From Dehalococcoidia bacterium (GTDB lineage Bacteria > Chloroflexota > Dehalococcoidia > Plut-88900): a stretch of DNA of 64,000 bases. The notes beneath the pieces were generated by a model that ran no database searches, was not told where the DNA came from, and saw only the letters and a list, made by a program, of their open reading frames with translations. Of this stretch, positions 17,372 to 26,616 are shown piece by piece; position 1 is the first letter of the stretch; every line of letters begins with the position of its first letter. A program made the translations under genes and the position numbers. The stretch covers positions 224,001-288,000 of the forward strand of contig CBDBLV010000004.1 of NCBI GenBank assembly GCA_965207225.1. Reading direction: 5' to 3'.

Positions 17372-19966
17372 TTACTCCGAGGAACGGCCCTTCCTGGCCT
17401 CTTCCTGGAGCTCGTAGAGCTTGAGGATGGCGTCCCGGGGCGTCATCGCGCCGACATCCAGCTCCGCCAGCTCGTTCAATACGGGCGAGGTATCGGCGGG
17501 GAGGGTGAAGAAAGACATCTGCCAGGGCCCCGACTCGCTGTTCGCAGGCGCAATGCCGTCCCTGGGGCCCGCGCCGTTTTCTAGGTGTTGGAGGACCTGC
17601 GCTGCCCGGTCTATGACGGGTCTCGGGATTCCGGCCAGCTGGGCGACGTGGATACCGTAGCTCTTGTCGGCGCCACCGGGCTCGACCTTGTGCAGGAAGA
17701 CGGCCTTGCCGTCCTCTTCGGCGACGGTCACGTTGCAGTTGACGATCCTGGGGAGGGTCTCGGCCAGCTTGACGAGCTCATGGTAGTGGGTGGCAAAGAT
17801 TGTCCTGGCGGCGACACGGGGGTCGTTGTGGAGGTGTTCGATGACGGCCTGGGCGATGGAGAGGCCATCGTAGGTGCTCGTGCCCCGGCCGATCTCATCC
17901 AGGATGACCAGGGACCTGGGGGTCGCCATGTGAAGAATCCGGGCAGTCTCCAGCATCTCAATCATAAAGGTGGAGCGGCCGGTTGAGAGGTCGTCCTGGA
18001 GCCCGACCCTGGTGAATATCCGGTCTACAAGACCGATGCGGGCCTTATCCGCAGGGACGAAGCTGCCGATCTGGGCCATCAGGACGATGAGGGCGACTTG
18101 CCGCATATAGGTCGATTTGCCGGACATATTGGGGCCGGTGAGGACCATAATCTGGCGTTCTTGACCGGTGAGATGGGCGTCGTTGGGGACGAAGACGCCA
18201 TCACCAACCACTCTCTCCACAACCGGATGTCGTCCAGCCGTTATGTGTAGTGTGTCGTCTTCAGAAAGCTCCGGCCTGATATAGCCGTACAGGGAAGCGA
18301 CTTCTGCGAAGCAACTGTATATGTCAAGTAATGCAATGCAGTCTGCCAGCTTGTGGATGCTGTTAACGGACTCGGAGACCTGGGCGCAGAGGCGTCGGTA
18401 GATGGCCTGCTCCAACTCCTCCACCTTTTCCTGGGCGCCGAGGATGAGGGCCTCGAATTCCTTGAGTTCGGGGGTGACGAACCGCTCCCCGTTGACGAGG
18501 GTCTGCTTGCGGATGTAGGAGTCGGGGACCTGGGACAAGTGGGAACGGCTTACCTCGACGTAGTAGCCGAAAACCTTGTTGTAGCCGACCCGCAGGGACT
18601 TGATGCCGGTCTTGCGGCGCTCCTCCCGTTCAAGGTTGGCGATGAAGCCCCGGGCCTCGGAGGAGGCGCTGCGCATCCTGTCCAGTTCGGCGTCGAAGCC
18701 CTCGCGCACCACGCCGCCTCCGCCCACCGAGGTCGAGGGGTCGTCCATCAGGGTGCGGGAGATGAGGTCGACTGTATCGGAGCAGTCGGGCGTCCGGTTG
18801 AGCACCCAGGATAGGGCGTCGAGGCCCGCCTCTTGAATGCTAGCCTTGATTTCGGGTGCGAGTTCCAACCCTCGCTTCAATGCGACCAGTTCCTTGGGGT
18901 TGGCTATACCGCGCTGCACCCTTATCGACGTGCGTTCCAGGTCTCCAACCCTGGACAAGAGCTTGGTCACCCGGGACCTCGTGATGCCATCGGGGAGGAA
19001 GGCCTGGACTGAGTCGAGGCGGCGCTGCAACTCCGCCAGATCGAAGAGCGGTTGGCCGATCCACTCCTTGAGGAGTCGGGCGCCCATGGGGGTGCTGGTC
19101 TTGTCCAGCACCCAGAGGAGAGAGCCCTCAACCTCGTTTCGCCAGGCGCTGCTGAAGAGCTCCAGGTTTCGGCGGGTCTGGGCGTCGAGCACTACCTTCA
19201 TTTCCAGGGAGTAGGTTGAAGGGCCGGACAGGGCCCGGGCCCCGGCTTTCTGAGTCTCCCTGAGGTACTCAACAAGGGCACCCGCCGCCCTTATTGCCAG
19301 CGGCAGGTCTTCGCAGCCGAAGGACTCCAGGCTGGATACGCCGAAGTGTTCAAGGAGCACCCGCTCCGACTCGTCGATGTCCTCCGCGATGTAGCTGGCG
19401 CGGGTCACGGGGGTGTCGGGCCAGGTTGAGTCGGGGGTGAAGGCTTCGGGGAGGAGAAGTTCGGACGGGGCCAGGCGGTCGAGTTCGGCAGGGACCGCCG
19501 ATTCGGGGAGTTGCGTAACGCGGAACTCCCCGGTGCTGATGTCGGCGTAGGCTATTCCGGCCTCGGGGCCGTCCTGGACCACGGAGACAAGGTAGTTGTT
19601 CCTCTTGTGGTCGAGGATCTCGGGCTCTACGACCGTGCCAGGGGTTACGACCCGGACGACCTCCCGGTCCACCAGGCCTCGGGCGAGGCTGGCATCACCC
19701 ACCTGTTCGCAGATGGCAACCTTGTAGCCCCGGTTTACCAGCTTGGCGAGGTAGCCGTCCAGGGCGTGGTGAGGTACACCGGCCATGGGAAAGCGCTTGC
19801 CGCGTCCCATCTCACGGGAGGTCAGGGTGATGGAAAGCTCCCGGGCCACGAGTCGGGCGTCATCATCGAAAGTTTCGTAGAAATCGCCGAGGCGGAAGAA
19901 GACCAGGACGTCGGGGTACTGGCGTTTGATGCCGAGATACTGCTTGCGAATAGGGGTGGCGCTCAC
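17372..19966 (-). CDS. mutS: DNA mismatch repair protein MutS
   Basis: FRLGDFYETF, TGPNMSGKSTYMRQ, DEIGRGTST, SYGIHVA. Confidence 0.98.
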   Translation of the reverse strand: MSATPIRKQYLGIKRQYPDVLVFFRLGDFYETFDDDARLVARELSITLTSREMGRGKRFPMAGVPHHALDGYLAKLVNRGYKVAICEQVGDASLARGLVDREVVRVVTPGTVVEPEILDHKRNNYLVSVVQDGPEAGIAYADISTGEFRVTQLPESAVPAELDRLAPSELLLPEAFTPDSTWPDTPVTRASYIAEDIDESERVLLEHFGVSSLESFGCEDLPLAIRAAGALVEYLRETQKAGARALSGPSTYSLEMKVVLDAQTRRNLELFSSAWRNEVEGSLLWVLDKTSTPMGARLLKEWIGQPLFDLAELQRRLDSVQAFLPDGITRSRVTKLLSRVGDLERTSIRVQRGIANPKELVALKRGLELAPEIKASIQEAGLDALSWVLNRTPDCSDTVDLISRTLMDDPSTSVGGGGVVREGFDAELDRMRSASSEARGFIANLEREERRKTGIKSLRVGYNKVFGYYVEVSRSHLSQVPDSYIRKQTLVNGERFVTPELKEFEALILGAQEKVEELEQAIYRRLCAQVSESVNSIHKLADCIALLDIYSCFAEVASLYGYIRPELSEDDTLHITAGRHPVVERVVGDGVFVPNDAHLTGQERQIMVLTGPNMSGKSTYMRQVALIVLMAQIGSFVPADKARIGLVDRIFTRVGLQDDLSTGRSTFMIEMLETARILHMATPRSLVILDEIGRGTSTYDGLSIAQAVIEHLHNDPRVAARTIFATHYHELVKLAETLPRIVNCNVTVAEEDGKAVFLHKVEPGGADKSYGIHVAQLAGIPRPVIDRAAQVLQHLENGAGPRDGIAPANSESGPWQMSFFTLPADTSPVLNELAELDVGAMTPRDAILKLYELQEEARKGRSSE

Positions 19967-20084
19967 GGGAATTACCTGCTGCTATTCTACCCCGAAAGGC
20001 CTTCGTCACAAGGGCAAAAGGGGGAGGGGGCGTCATCGAAATCAGGTCAAAGGGCCAGCAGAAAAACCACACAACCAGGAACGG

Positions 20085-20255
20085 TTACGGCTTGTCTTCC
20101 TTGAAGAATGCGGTGATGAATAGCAGGCATCCGAAGGAGAAAGTAAGGCTCGCACCGGCGCCGAAGTAGTCCTGAGCCAAGAAACTGTTGGCGGCGAAGA
20201 GGAAGCTGCCGACCAGAAAGACCATCCAGCCGGCCAGCTCTAACCGGCGTCGCAT
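20085..20255 (-). CDS. Small two-TM membrane protein (56 aa, not in ORF track)
   Basis: Hand translation MRRRLELAGWMVFLVGSFLFAANSFLAQDYFGAGASLTFSFGCLLFITAFFKEDKP; ATG lies 7 nt after the FdhA-like stop. Confidence 0.65.
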   Translation of the reverse strand: MRRRLELAGWMVFLVGSFLFAANSFLAQDYFGAGASLTFSFGCLLFITAFFKEDKP

Positions 20256-20262
20256 TTGGAGG

Positions 20263-22962
20263 CTAGCCGACGACCAGGGCCAGCCTGGCTATCCTGGCTC
20301 GGGTCCCGCCCCCGGGAATGGGTGCAGAGGGGGCCCGGTTAATGCTTTCGACCAGGGTGTCGGTGTGGGGGATGGAGAGCTGCATAATGCCTGCGGGAAC
20401 GTAATCGCAGACGGTTGCCACGGCGTCCAGAGCTCCCGAGCGGGTGAGGACCTGGAACTCATCGCCATCACTGATACCGGCTGCGCCGGCGTCGTCAATG
20501 TTGACCATGGCCCTGGCCCGACCATCCAACTCCACCACGCCCTTCATCTCCCGCAGGGTACCGCTCATCACGAATATCGGGTAGTCGGCGTCCGGGTCAA
20601 CGGAATAGGGACCGACTTCGAAGGCGCTCAGTTGGCCCTTTCCGCGGGCGATGCCGTCGGCGTGGAGGATGGGGGTGCCGGGATGGGAGGAGTCGGGGCA
20701 GGGCCACTGCAAACCAACGACTCCCAGCCGGTCGTAACTGATGCCTCCGTAGGACGGAACGAGGGAGGCGATTTCCTCCATCACACCGGCCGGGGTTTCG
20801 AAGTCGAAGCCCGAAGCGTTCATTCTTGAGGCCAAAGCGCTGACTATTTCAGAGACCGTACGGGAGTCACCGATCCGGTCGACTACCTTGTTCACCCTCT
20901 GGACACGACGCTCGGCGTTGGTGAATGTGCCGTCTTTCTCGGCGGTGCTGGGGGCGGGGAGGACGACGTCGGCGGCACGGGCGATGTCGGAGAAGAAGAG
21001 GTCGTGGACGACGAGGAAGTCGAGGTAGGATAGTGACTGGGGGTCAATGTCGGGGGTCTCGCGCTGGGTTTCCAGGGAGATGAGCATGGCCTTGAGTCCG
21101 TCGCCACTACCTCCACCTAGCATTTCATCAATGCTCAAGCCCACTTCCGATGGGAGATCTGCGCCCCATGCCCTAGCAAAGGTCTCGGCGCCGTCTGCGA
21201 GGGCCACATGGCCCGGGAGGAGGGAGGGGGAGCAGCCCACATCGGTCGTGCCCTGGCTGTTGGCATCCGACCTGAGGGGGTTCACGCCTGCCGACCCCTT
21301 GCCCAGATTGCCCGTGAGCAGGGCCAGATTCGCTGCTGACCGGGCGATGGCCGCACCCGGCTCGATGGAGCGGGAGGTGCTGAACAGGATGGATGCGGAG
21401 TCGGCGTTGGCGTAGGCCCTGGCAGCCGCTGCGAGTAAATCTTTATCGACGCCCGTGTTTTCGGCGAACTGCTGCACGGTGGTCCCATCAAGGGAGTCTT
21501 TCAGTGCACCGATGCCATCGGTCTGCCCGTCGATGAATTCTTGGTCCTGGATGCCTTCATCGAGGATGGCTTTCGCCAGGCCGGCCATGACGTTGATGCC
21601 GGCACCGGGCCAGTGGCGGAGCCAGTGGGTTGCCATGAGGGAAAGCTCGGTCTCCGCGGGGTCGACGACGATGAGGTTTGCGCCTCGGTTGACGGCTTCC
21701 TTGACCTGGATAGCGGCGACGGGGTGGTCCCAGGTGAGGTCGCTGCCGTAGACCAGGATGCACCCGGAATCCCTGAGTTCGCGGAAGCCGTTGGTCATGG
21801 CCCCGACACCCAAAGTCTCACCAAGTGCGGAGACGGCGTCGGCGCTGCAGGTGGAGTCGGGGTGGTCGATGTTGTTGGAGCCCATCACCGACCGGGTGAA
21901 CTTCTGGAGCAGGTAGTTCTCTTCGTTGGTGGCCCGGGGCGAAGCGACGGCGCCGAAGGTCGGGCCCTTGCTCTCGGAGAGCCTGGCGGCTATCAGGTCC
22001 AGAGCCTCGTCCCAGGTGGCTTCAACCAACTCGCCATTCTTCTTCACGTAGGGGGAGGCGATGCGGTCGTTGCTGTGGATGTACTTGTAGCCGAACTTGC
22101 CCCTGGCACAAGAGTTGCCCTGGTTAACGGGGCCGCTGAGGTCGGCGATGGAGCGGATGACCCGGTCCTTTTTGACCAGAAGTTCCAGCTGGCATCCAAC
22201 GCTGCAGTGAGAGCAGATGGTCGTGACCGACTTCTCGGGGGCGCCCGTCCATTTATTGTCTTTCTCGGTAATTGCTCCTACGGGGCAGACGTCCACGCAG
22301 GCACCACAGAAAGTGCAGCCGGAGTCGGACAGGGAGCCGCCGAGGGAAGTGCCTATAAGCGTCCTGTCTCCCCTTTCGATGAAGGTGATGGCGTTGGCGG
22401 CCTCTATCTCGTTGCAGGCCCTTACGCAGCGTCCACAGACGATGCACAGGTTCATGTCGTGGTCGATGAGCGGGTTGGAGGAGTCCAGGGGGACGTTCCG
22501 GTATTCGTAGGAGAGGTCGGAGTCCTTCATCTGGAGGTGGTAGACCACGTCCTGCAGCTCGCAGCGTTCGTTCTGGGGACAGAGGACACAGCGGTCGACC
22601 ACGTTGGCGTGGCGCAGGCAGGTGTCCTGGGGACCGCAGTGGTCGATGCGCGGGCATGTCAAACAGCCGTGGGGGTGCTCCGACAGGACCATGTCCATGA
22701 TGTTGTGCCGGATGTCATTTATGGCCCTGCCCTTGGTCGTGACGACCATCCCGTCCATGACGGTGGTTGTGCAGGAAGCCGGGGTGCCGCGCATTCTTTC
22801 AACCTGGACGACGCACATGCGGCAGGCACCGAAGGCCTTGAGGGTCGGGTGCCAGCAGAGGTAGGGGATGTAGATGCCCGCCTCCCGAGCGGCCTCGATG
22901 ATCGTCTGGCCCTTCCTGGCCGTGATCTCCTGTCCGTCTACGGTTAGCTTGATTTCGTCCAC
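20263..22962 (-). CDS. Formate dehydrogenase alpha / NuoG-like molybdopterin-family subunit (divergent active site)
   Basis: N-terminal [2Fe-2S] (CWHP...GACRMC), His-Cys cluster site, 2x[4Fe-4S] (CIVCGRC, CTFCGAC), TTICSHCSVGC, AEKDGTFTNAERRVQ. Confidence 0.85.
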   Translation of the reverse strand: MDEIKLTVDGQEITARKGQTIIEAAREAGIYIPYLCWHPTLKAFGACRMCVVQVERMRGTPASCTTTVMDGMVVTTKGRAINDIRHNIMDMVLSEHPHGCLTCPRIDHCGPQDTCLRHANVVDRCVLCPQNERCELQDVVYHLQMKDSDLSYEYRNVPLDSSNPLIDHDMNLCIVCGRCVRACNEIEAANAITFIERGDRTLIGTSLGGSLSDSGCTFCGACVDVCPVGAITEKDNKWTGAPEKSVTTICSHCSVGCQLELLVKKDRVIRSIADLSGPVNQGNSCARGKFGYKYIHSNDRIASPYVKKNGELVEATWDEALDLIAARLSESKGPTFGAVASPRATNEENYLLQKFTRSVMGSNNIDHPDSTCSADAVSALGETLGVGAMTNGFRELRDSGCILVYGSDLTWDHPVAAIQVKEAVNRGANLIVVDPAETELSLMATHWLRHWPGAGINVMAGLAKAILDEGIQDQEFIDGQTDGIGALKDSLDGTTVQQFAENTGVDKDLLAAAARAYANADSASILFSTSRSIEPGAAIARSAANLALLTGNLGKGSAGVNPLRSDANSQGTTDVGCSPSLLPGHVALADGAETFARAWGADLPSEVGLSIDEMLGGGSGDGLKAMLISLETQRETPDIDPQSLSYLDFLVVHDLFFSDIARAADVVLPAPSTAEKDGTFTNAERRVQRVNKVVDRIGDSRTVSEIVSALASRMNASGFDFETPAGVMEEIASLVPSYGGISYDRLGVVGLQWPCPDSSHPGTPILHADGIARGKGQLSAFEVGPYSVDPDADYPIFVMSGTLREMKGVVELDGRARAMVNIDDAGAAGISDGDEFQVLTRSGALDAVATVCDYVPAGIMQLSIPHTDTLVESINRAPSAPIPGGGTRARIARLALVVG

Positions 22963-22972
22963 GTGATCACCT

Positions 22973-24667
22973 CTAATCCGGCCTGGCGAGGGCGGCGCAT
23001 CTTCCGGCGGGGCACACCTTGTCGATGATATGGGCGTTCAATTCGCTTTCAAAATACTTGAGCGCCGACTTTATGGGATTGACCGAGAGCTGGCCATGCC
23101 CGCAGAGGGAAGTGAGCAGGGTGTCACTCATGGCGAGCATCCGGTCCACGTCTCCTTCTTTCGCGCCGCCTTCTGTCATGGTCTCGAACATTTCCAGGAT
23201 GTGCTTGGTCCCGATCCGGCAGGGGAAGCACTTGCCGCAGGACTCCTCGTTATTGAAGTCGGCGAGGATGGCGGCCATCTCCACGGGGCAGGAGCTTTCG
23301 TCGCCGACGATGATGCCGCCGGAGCCGAGGATTGCGCCCCTTCCGGCCATCTCATCGAAGTCGAGGGTTACATCTATCTCGGAGGGGCCGAGGAACCCGC
23401 CGAGGGGGCCGCCGGTCTGGAGGAGCTTGATCTCGTTTCCAGGGCTCACTCCGCCTGCAACGTCGTCGATCACCTGGCGGAGGGTGAGGCCAAAGGGGAC
23501 CTCGGCCATCTGGGGTCGGGCGACGTTGCCCGTGAGGCACACGATGGCCGTGCCCTTGCTGCGTTCCGTCCCGATGCCGGCGTACCAGTCGCCGCCCTGT
23601 CGCAGGACTTCCGGCACGTAGGCGTAGGTCTTGACGTTGTTAATGTTGCTGGGCTTTCCCCAGAGTCCTACCTGGGCGGGGAAGGGGGGTCGGGACCTGG
23701 GCATGGCCCGTTTGCCCTCGATGGCTTCCATAAGGGCGGTCTCCTCGCCGGAGACGTAGGACTCGCCGGTCAGGGCTACTGCGATGTCGAAGTTGAAGTC
23801 GGTGCCGAGGATGTTCTTGCCCAGCAGGCCTTCTTTATAGGCCTGGTCTATGGCGGTCTGGGTGGTCTTGATAACGTCACGGTGGACGCAACGGATGAAA
23901 ACGTAGCCTTTGCTGGCGGCGGTGGCGTAACCGGCTATGGTCATGCCTTCGAGGACTGTGTGGGGGTCGCTTTCGAGGAGACCCTTGTCGTTGTAGGCGC
24001 CGGGGTCTCCCTCCTCGGCGTTGCAGAGGATGTACTTGGTCGGGCCGGGGGCGCCGGCAAGGAAGCGCCACTTCATGGCGGCGGGGAATGCGGCCCCACC
24101 CCTCCCCCTCAGCCCCGACTTCAGGACTTCCTCGATGACTTCGGCGGGCTGCAAATCCGAGAGGCAGCGGTCGAGGCCGGCGTAGCCGCCGTTGGCGATG
24201 TACTGGTCGATGTCCGAGGGGTCGATGGTGCCGCAGTTGCGCATGGCAACGCGGACCTGGGGTTTGAGGTCGGGGATGTCGAAGAGGGCGGGGACGCCGT
24301 CGAGGGAGCCCTCTCCCCTAATACCGATGGCGAGGTCGGGCCTGGGGTTTCCGCCGACCAGGTAGTCCTTGACGAGGGTTTCAGCAAGGGCTGGGGTTAC
24401 GTTGGCGTAGGTGATGCGAGGCTGGCCGGGGACGATTATGTCTACCAGCACCTCGGCGTAGCAGAGGCCGATGCAGCCGACCCTGTGGACCCGAGCCTCG
24501 ACGCCGTTGGCGGCGATAGCCTTTTCAAAAGCGTCGATGACCTGCAATCCTCCGGCGGCCCGGCCACAAGTCGCCGCCCCGACCATGATGCGGATGGGGG
24601 AGCCACTGGCAAGGGCTTCCCACCCAGTGTCGGAGCGTTTCTTAAGCTGTTGATAGGCTTCGGTCAT
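22973..24667 (-). CDS. NADH-binding flavoprotein subunit (NuoF/HoxF/FdhB-like)
   Basis: Thioredoxin-like [2Fe-2S] N-domain, GLRGRGGAAFP, NAEEGDPGA, GEETAL, ESCGKCFPCR...LCGHG. Confidence 0.92.
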   Translation of the reverse strand: MTEAYQQLKKRSDTGWEALASGSPIRIMVGAATCGRAAGGLQVIDAFEKAIAANGVEARVHRVGCIGLCYAEVLVDIIVPGQPRITYANVTPALAETLVKDYLVGGNPRPDLAIGIRGEGSLDGVPALFDIPDLKPQVRVAMRNCGTIDPSDIDQYIANGGYAGLDRCLSDLQPAEVIEEVLKSGLRGRGGAAFPAAMKWRFLAGAPGPTKYILCNAEEGDPGAYNDKGLLESDPHTVLEGMTIAGYATAASKGYVFIRCVHRDVIKTTQTAIDQAYKEGLLGKNILGTDFNFDIAVALTGESYVSGEETALMEAIEGKRAMPRSRPPFPAQVGLWGKPSNINNVKTYAYVPEVLRQGGDWYAGIGTERSKGTAIVCLTGNVARPQMAEVPFGLTLRQVIDDVAGGVSPGNEIKLLQTGGPLGGFLGPSEIDVTLDFDEMAGRGAILGSGGIIVGDESSCPVEMAAILADFNNEESCGKCFPCRIGTKHILEMFETMTEGGAKEGDVDRMLAMSDTLLTSLCGHGQLSVNPIKSALKYFESELNAHIIDKVCPAGRCAALARPD

Positions 24668-24682
24668 GGGGTTGCGGTGAAC

Positions 24683-25150
24683 TTAGCGGACGTCCTTAAT
24701 AAGCTGGACTGCGGCCTCGGGGGTGAGGTCTCCGTAGATCATCTCGTCGACCATGGCCACGGGCCCGTGGGCGCAGGCGGCGGCGCAGGACGACCTCTTC
24801 CAGGTAACCTGTCCGTCCTCGGTGGTGCCTTCCTCTTCCATGCCGAGCTCGGCCTTGACCGCCGACATCACCTCGGCGGCGCCGCGGACGTGACAGGAAG
24901 GGCCCCAGCATACTTCTACGGTGTGGGGCCCGGGAGGGGTGAAGCGGAAGTGGGTATAGAAGGTGGCCACGCCGAAAACATCGTTGATGGAAGCGTCGGT
25001 GTAGTCGGCGATGAGGGGGATGGAGTCGGGGGGCAAGAACCCGAACTCTTCCTGGACGTAAATCAAGGATGAGAGAACGGTGACTTCCTCTTTGACCTGT
25101 CGATCCAGGGCCTGGTTGACTCTGTCTGTCGTAGAGGCCGTTGCCGTCAT
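24683..25150 (-). CDS. [2Fe-2S] subunit (NuoE/HoxE-like)
   Basis: GVATFYTHF, VCWGPSCH, CAAAC..GP. Confidence 0.92.
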   Translation of the reverse strand: MTATASTTDRVNQALDRQVKEEVTVLSSLIYVQEEFGFLPPDSIPLIADYTDASINDVFGVATFYTHFRFTPPGPHTVEVCWGPSCHVRGAAEVMSAVKAELGMEEEGTTEDGQVTWKRSSCAAACAHGPVAMVDEMIYGDLTPEAAVQLIKDVR

Positions 25151-25171
25151 GGGAGGTAGCGCTTGCTCCGA

Positions 25172-25217
25172 GGGTGAACTTGCGCACTATTATGCCCTAC
25201 ACGCAGAGGGCGTTCAA
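25172..25217 (-). promoter_or_regulatory. Promoter of the nuoE/F/fdhA-like operon with Rex-like site
   Basis: TTGAAC(25212-25217)-17 bp-CATAAT(25189-25194), followed by TAGTG-cgcaagtt-CACCC (25172-25189). Confidence 0.5.
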
Positions 25218-25293
25218 GGAGGGCATGGCGGTTTGCGAGGTCAGCGTCCGGGATGGGGACTTCGCCAGCGGGCGTCGAACCTCGACGCGCCAT

Positions 25294-26616
25294 TCAGCCA
25301 GCGTTTTCTTCAAGAACCAGCTTTGCGATGCGCTGACCGAGGCGGATGGAGTAGTTGGTGCCCCGGTCCTCGGGGTAGATCTGGGTGGTATTGGCAAGGT
25401 AGAGGGCGTCGATGGGGGTGCGGTGGGCGGGAATTTTCTCGCCGTAGTTGGTGGTTACGATGGGCTGGGCGGCCTCTTCACGGTGATAGTAGTACTCCTC
25501 GATCCAGGACTCTTCGAAGTCGGGGTTGAGGCGTTTGAGGTGGGGCAGGTACTCGGCCATCAACTCCTCCCGGCTCATGGAGTACATGGGGCTCTCTTTG
25601 CCCAGGTAGTTGCTGAGATAGACGAGATGCTTGCCTCCGTAGTGGGACTTGTCGATGAAGTTGGTGTGTTCGATGACGGCCAGGAAGGGAGTCTTGTAGC
25701 CGCTGATGTTCATCCAGTAGATGTGGGACAGGGGTTTCTTCAAGACCATGACGACCAATATGGCCGCGTGGTACTTGATCCTCTCCAGGGTCTCCCTATA
25801 GTCCTCCGGGAGTTCGGGGACGAGTCTGGGGAAGATGTAGGACGGGGTTGTGGAGATTACGAGGTCGAAGCCTTCGGTGGTTGTTTCGCCATTCGCCCCC
25901 TTGACCTCCAGGCCGGTGGCCCGGTTGTTTTCAACGTTGACCCGGGTCACGGGGGTGGAGAGGCGGACCTCACCGCCCATCGCCTCGATGCGCTCCGTTA
26001 GGACCTCGAAAACTTCGCCGAAGCTGCCCATGGGGTAGCCTAGCTTTTCCTTCTGAAGGCTCTTATCCCGGGAGGCGACGCGGAGGTAGATCTTGCCCCA
26101 GAGCCAAGCCATGCTTATTTCGTCGGCGCTGACTCCGAACTTGCCTCTGAGCAGGGGGCCCCAGACCACGTCATAAGCCTGCCTGCCCGCCCACTTGATA
26201 ATCCATTCTCTGGCAGTGACGCCCTCGAATTTCTTCCAGTTGCTTGTTTTCTGCAGGTACAGGGTCACGAGGCCCAGGCGGATGCGGTTGATAAGGCTCA
26301 AGGGCTTGAACTTGAGCAGGTCGAAGGGGGTCACGAAGTTGTAGATGGTGCCCTCGTGGTAGAAGCCGACCTTCGACTCTATCCAGGCCAGCTTGTCTCC
26401 GAGGCCCAGTTCGTGGATGAGGTCAACCATGTAGGTGTCGCTCTTGAAGAGGTGGTGGTAGCCGCGCTCCAGCCGTCCGCCTCCGACATCGAAGGTGGAG
26501 GCCTGGCCGCCAACGAAGGGAGCGGCCTCGTAGACCTTCACTGAGTGGCCCTTCTTCAGCAGATCATAGGCCGCGGCCAAGCCCGCTGCCCCTGCCCCTA
26601 TGACTCCTATCTTCAA
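25294..26616 (-). CDS. NAD(P)/FAD-dependent oxidoreductase (protoporphyrinogen/amine oxidase-like family often found in glycosylation loci)
   Basis: VIGAGAAG, LERGYHHLF, IYPEDRGTNYS. Confidence 0.85.
   Translation of the reverse strand: MKIGVIGAGAAGLAAAYDLLKKGHSVKVYEAAPFVGGQASTFDVGGGRLERGYHHLFKSDTYMVDLIHELGLGDKLAWIESKVGFYHEGTIYNFVTPFDLLKFKPLSLINRIRLGLVTLYLQKTSNWKKFEGVTAREWIIKWAGRQAYDVVWGPLLRGKFGVSADEISMAWLWGKIYLRVASRDKSLQKEKLGYPMGSFGEVFEVLTERIEAMGGEVRLSTPVTRVNVENNRATGLEVKGANGETTTEGFDLVISTTPSYIFPRLVPELPEDYRETLERIKYHAAILVVMVLKKPLSHIYWMNISGYKTPFLAVIEHTNFIDKSHYGGKHLVYLSNYLGKESPMYSMSREELMAEYLPHLKRLNPDFEESWIEEYYYHREEAAQPIVTTNYGEKIPAHRTPIDALYLANTTQIYPEDRGTNYSIRLGQRIAKLVLEENAG

Noticed and set aside
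20263-22962. Selenocysteine formate dehydrogenase or [FeFe]-hydrogenase catalytic subunit
   Set aside because: The active-site codon is TGC, there is no in-frame UGA, and no H-cluster motifs are present.
21541-25072. Long + strand ORFs (468 aa and 680 aa), and similar ones at 51505-52827 and 58249-59457
   Set aside because: Antisense shadows of well-supported genes, as expected from high-GC codon bias.
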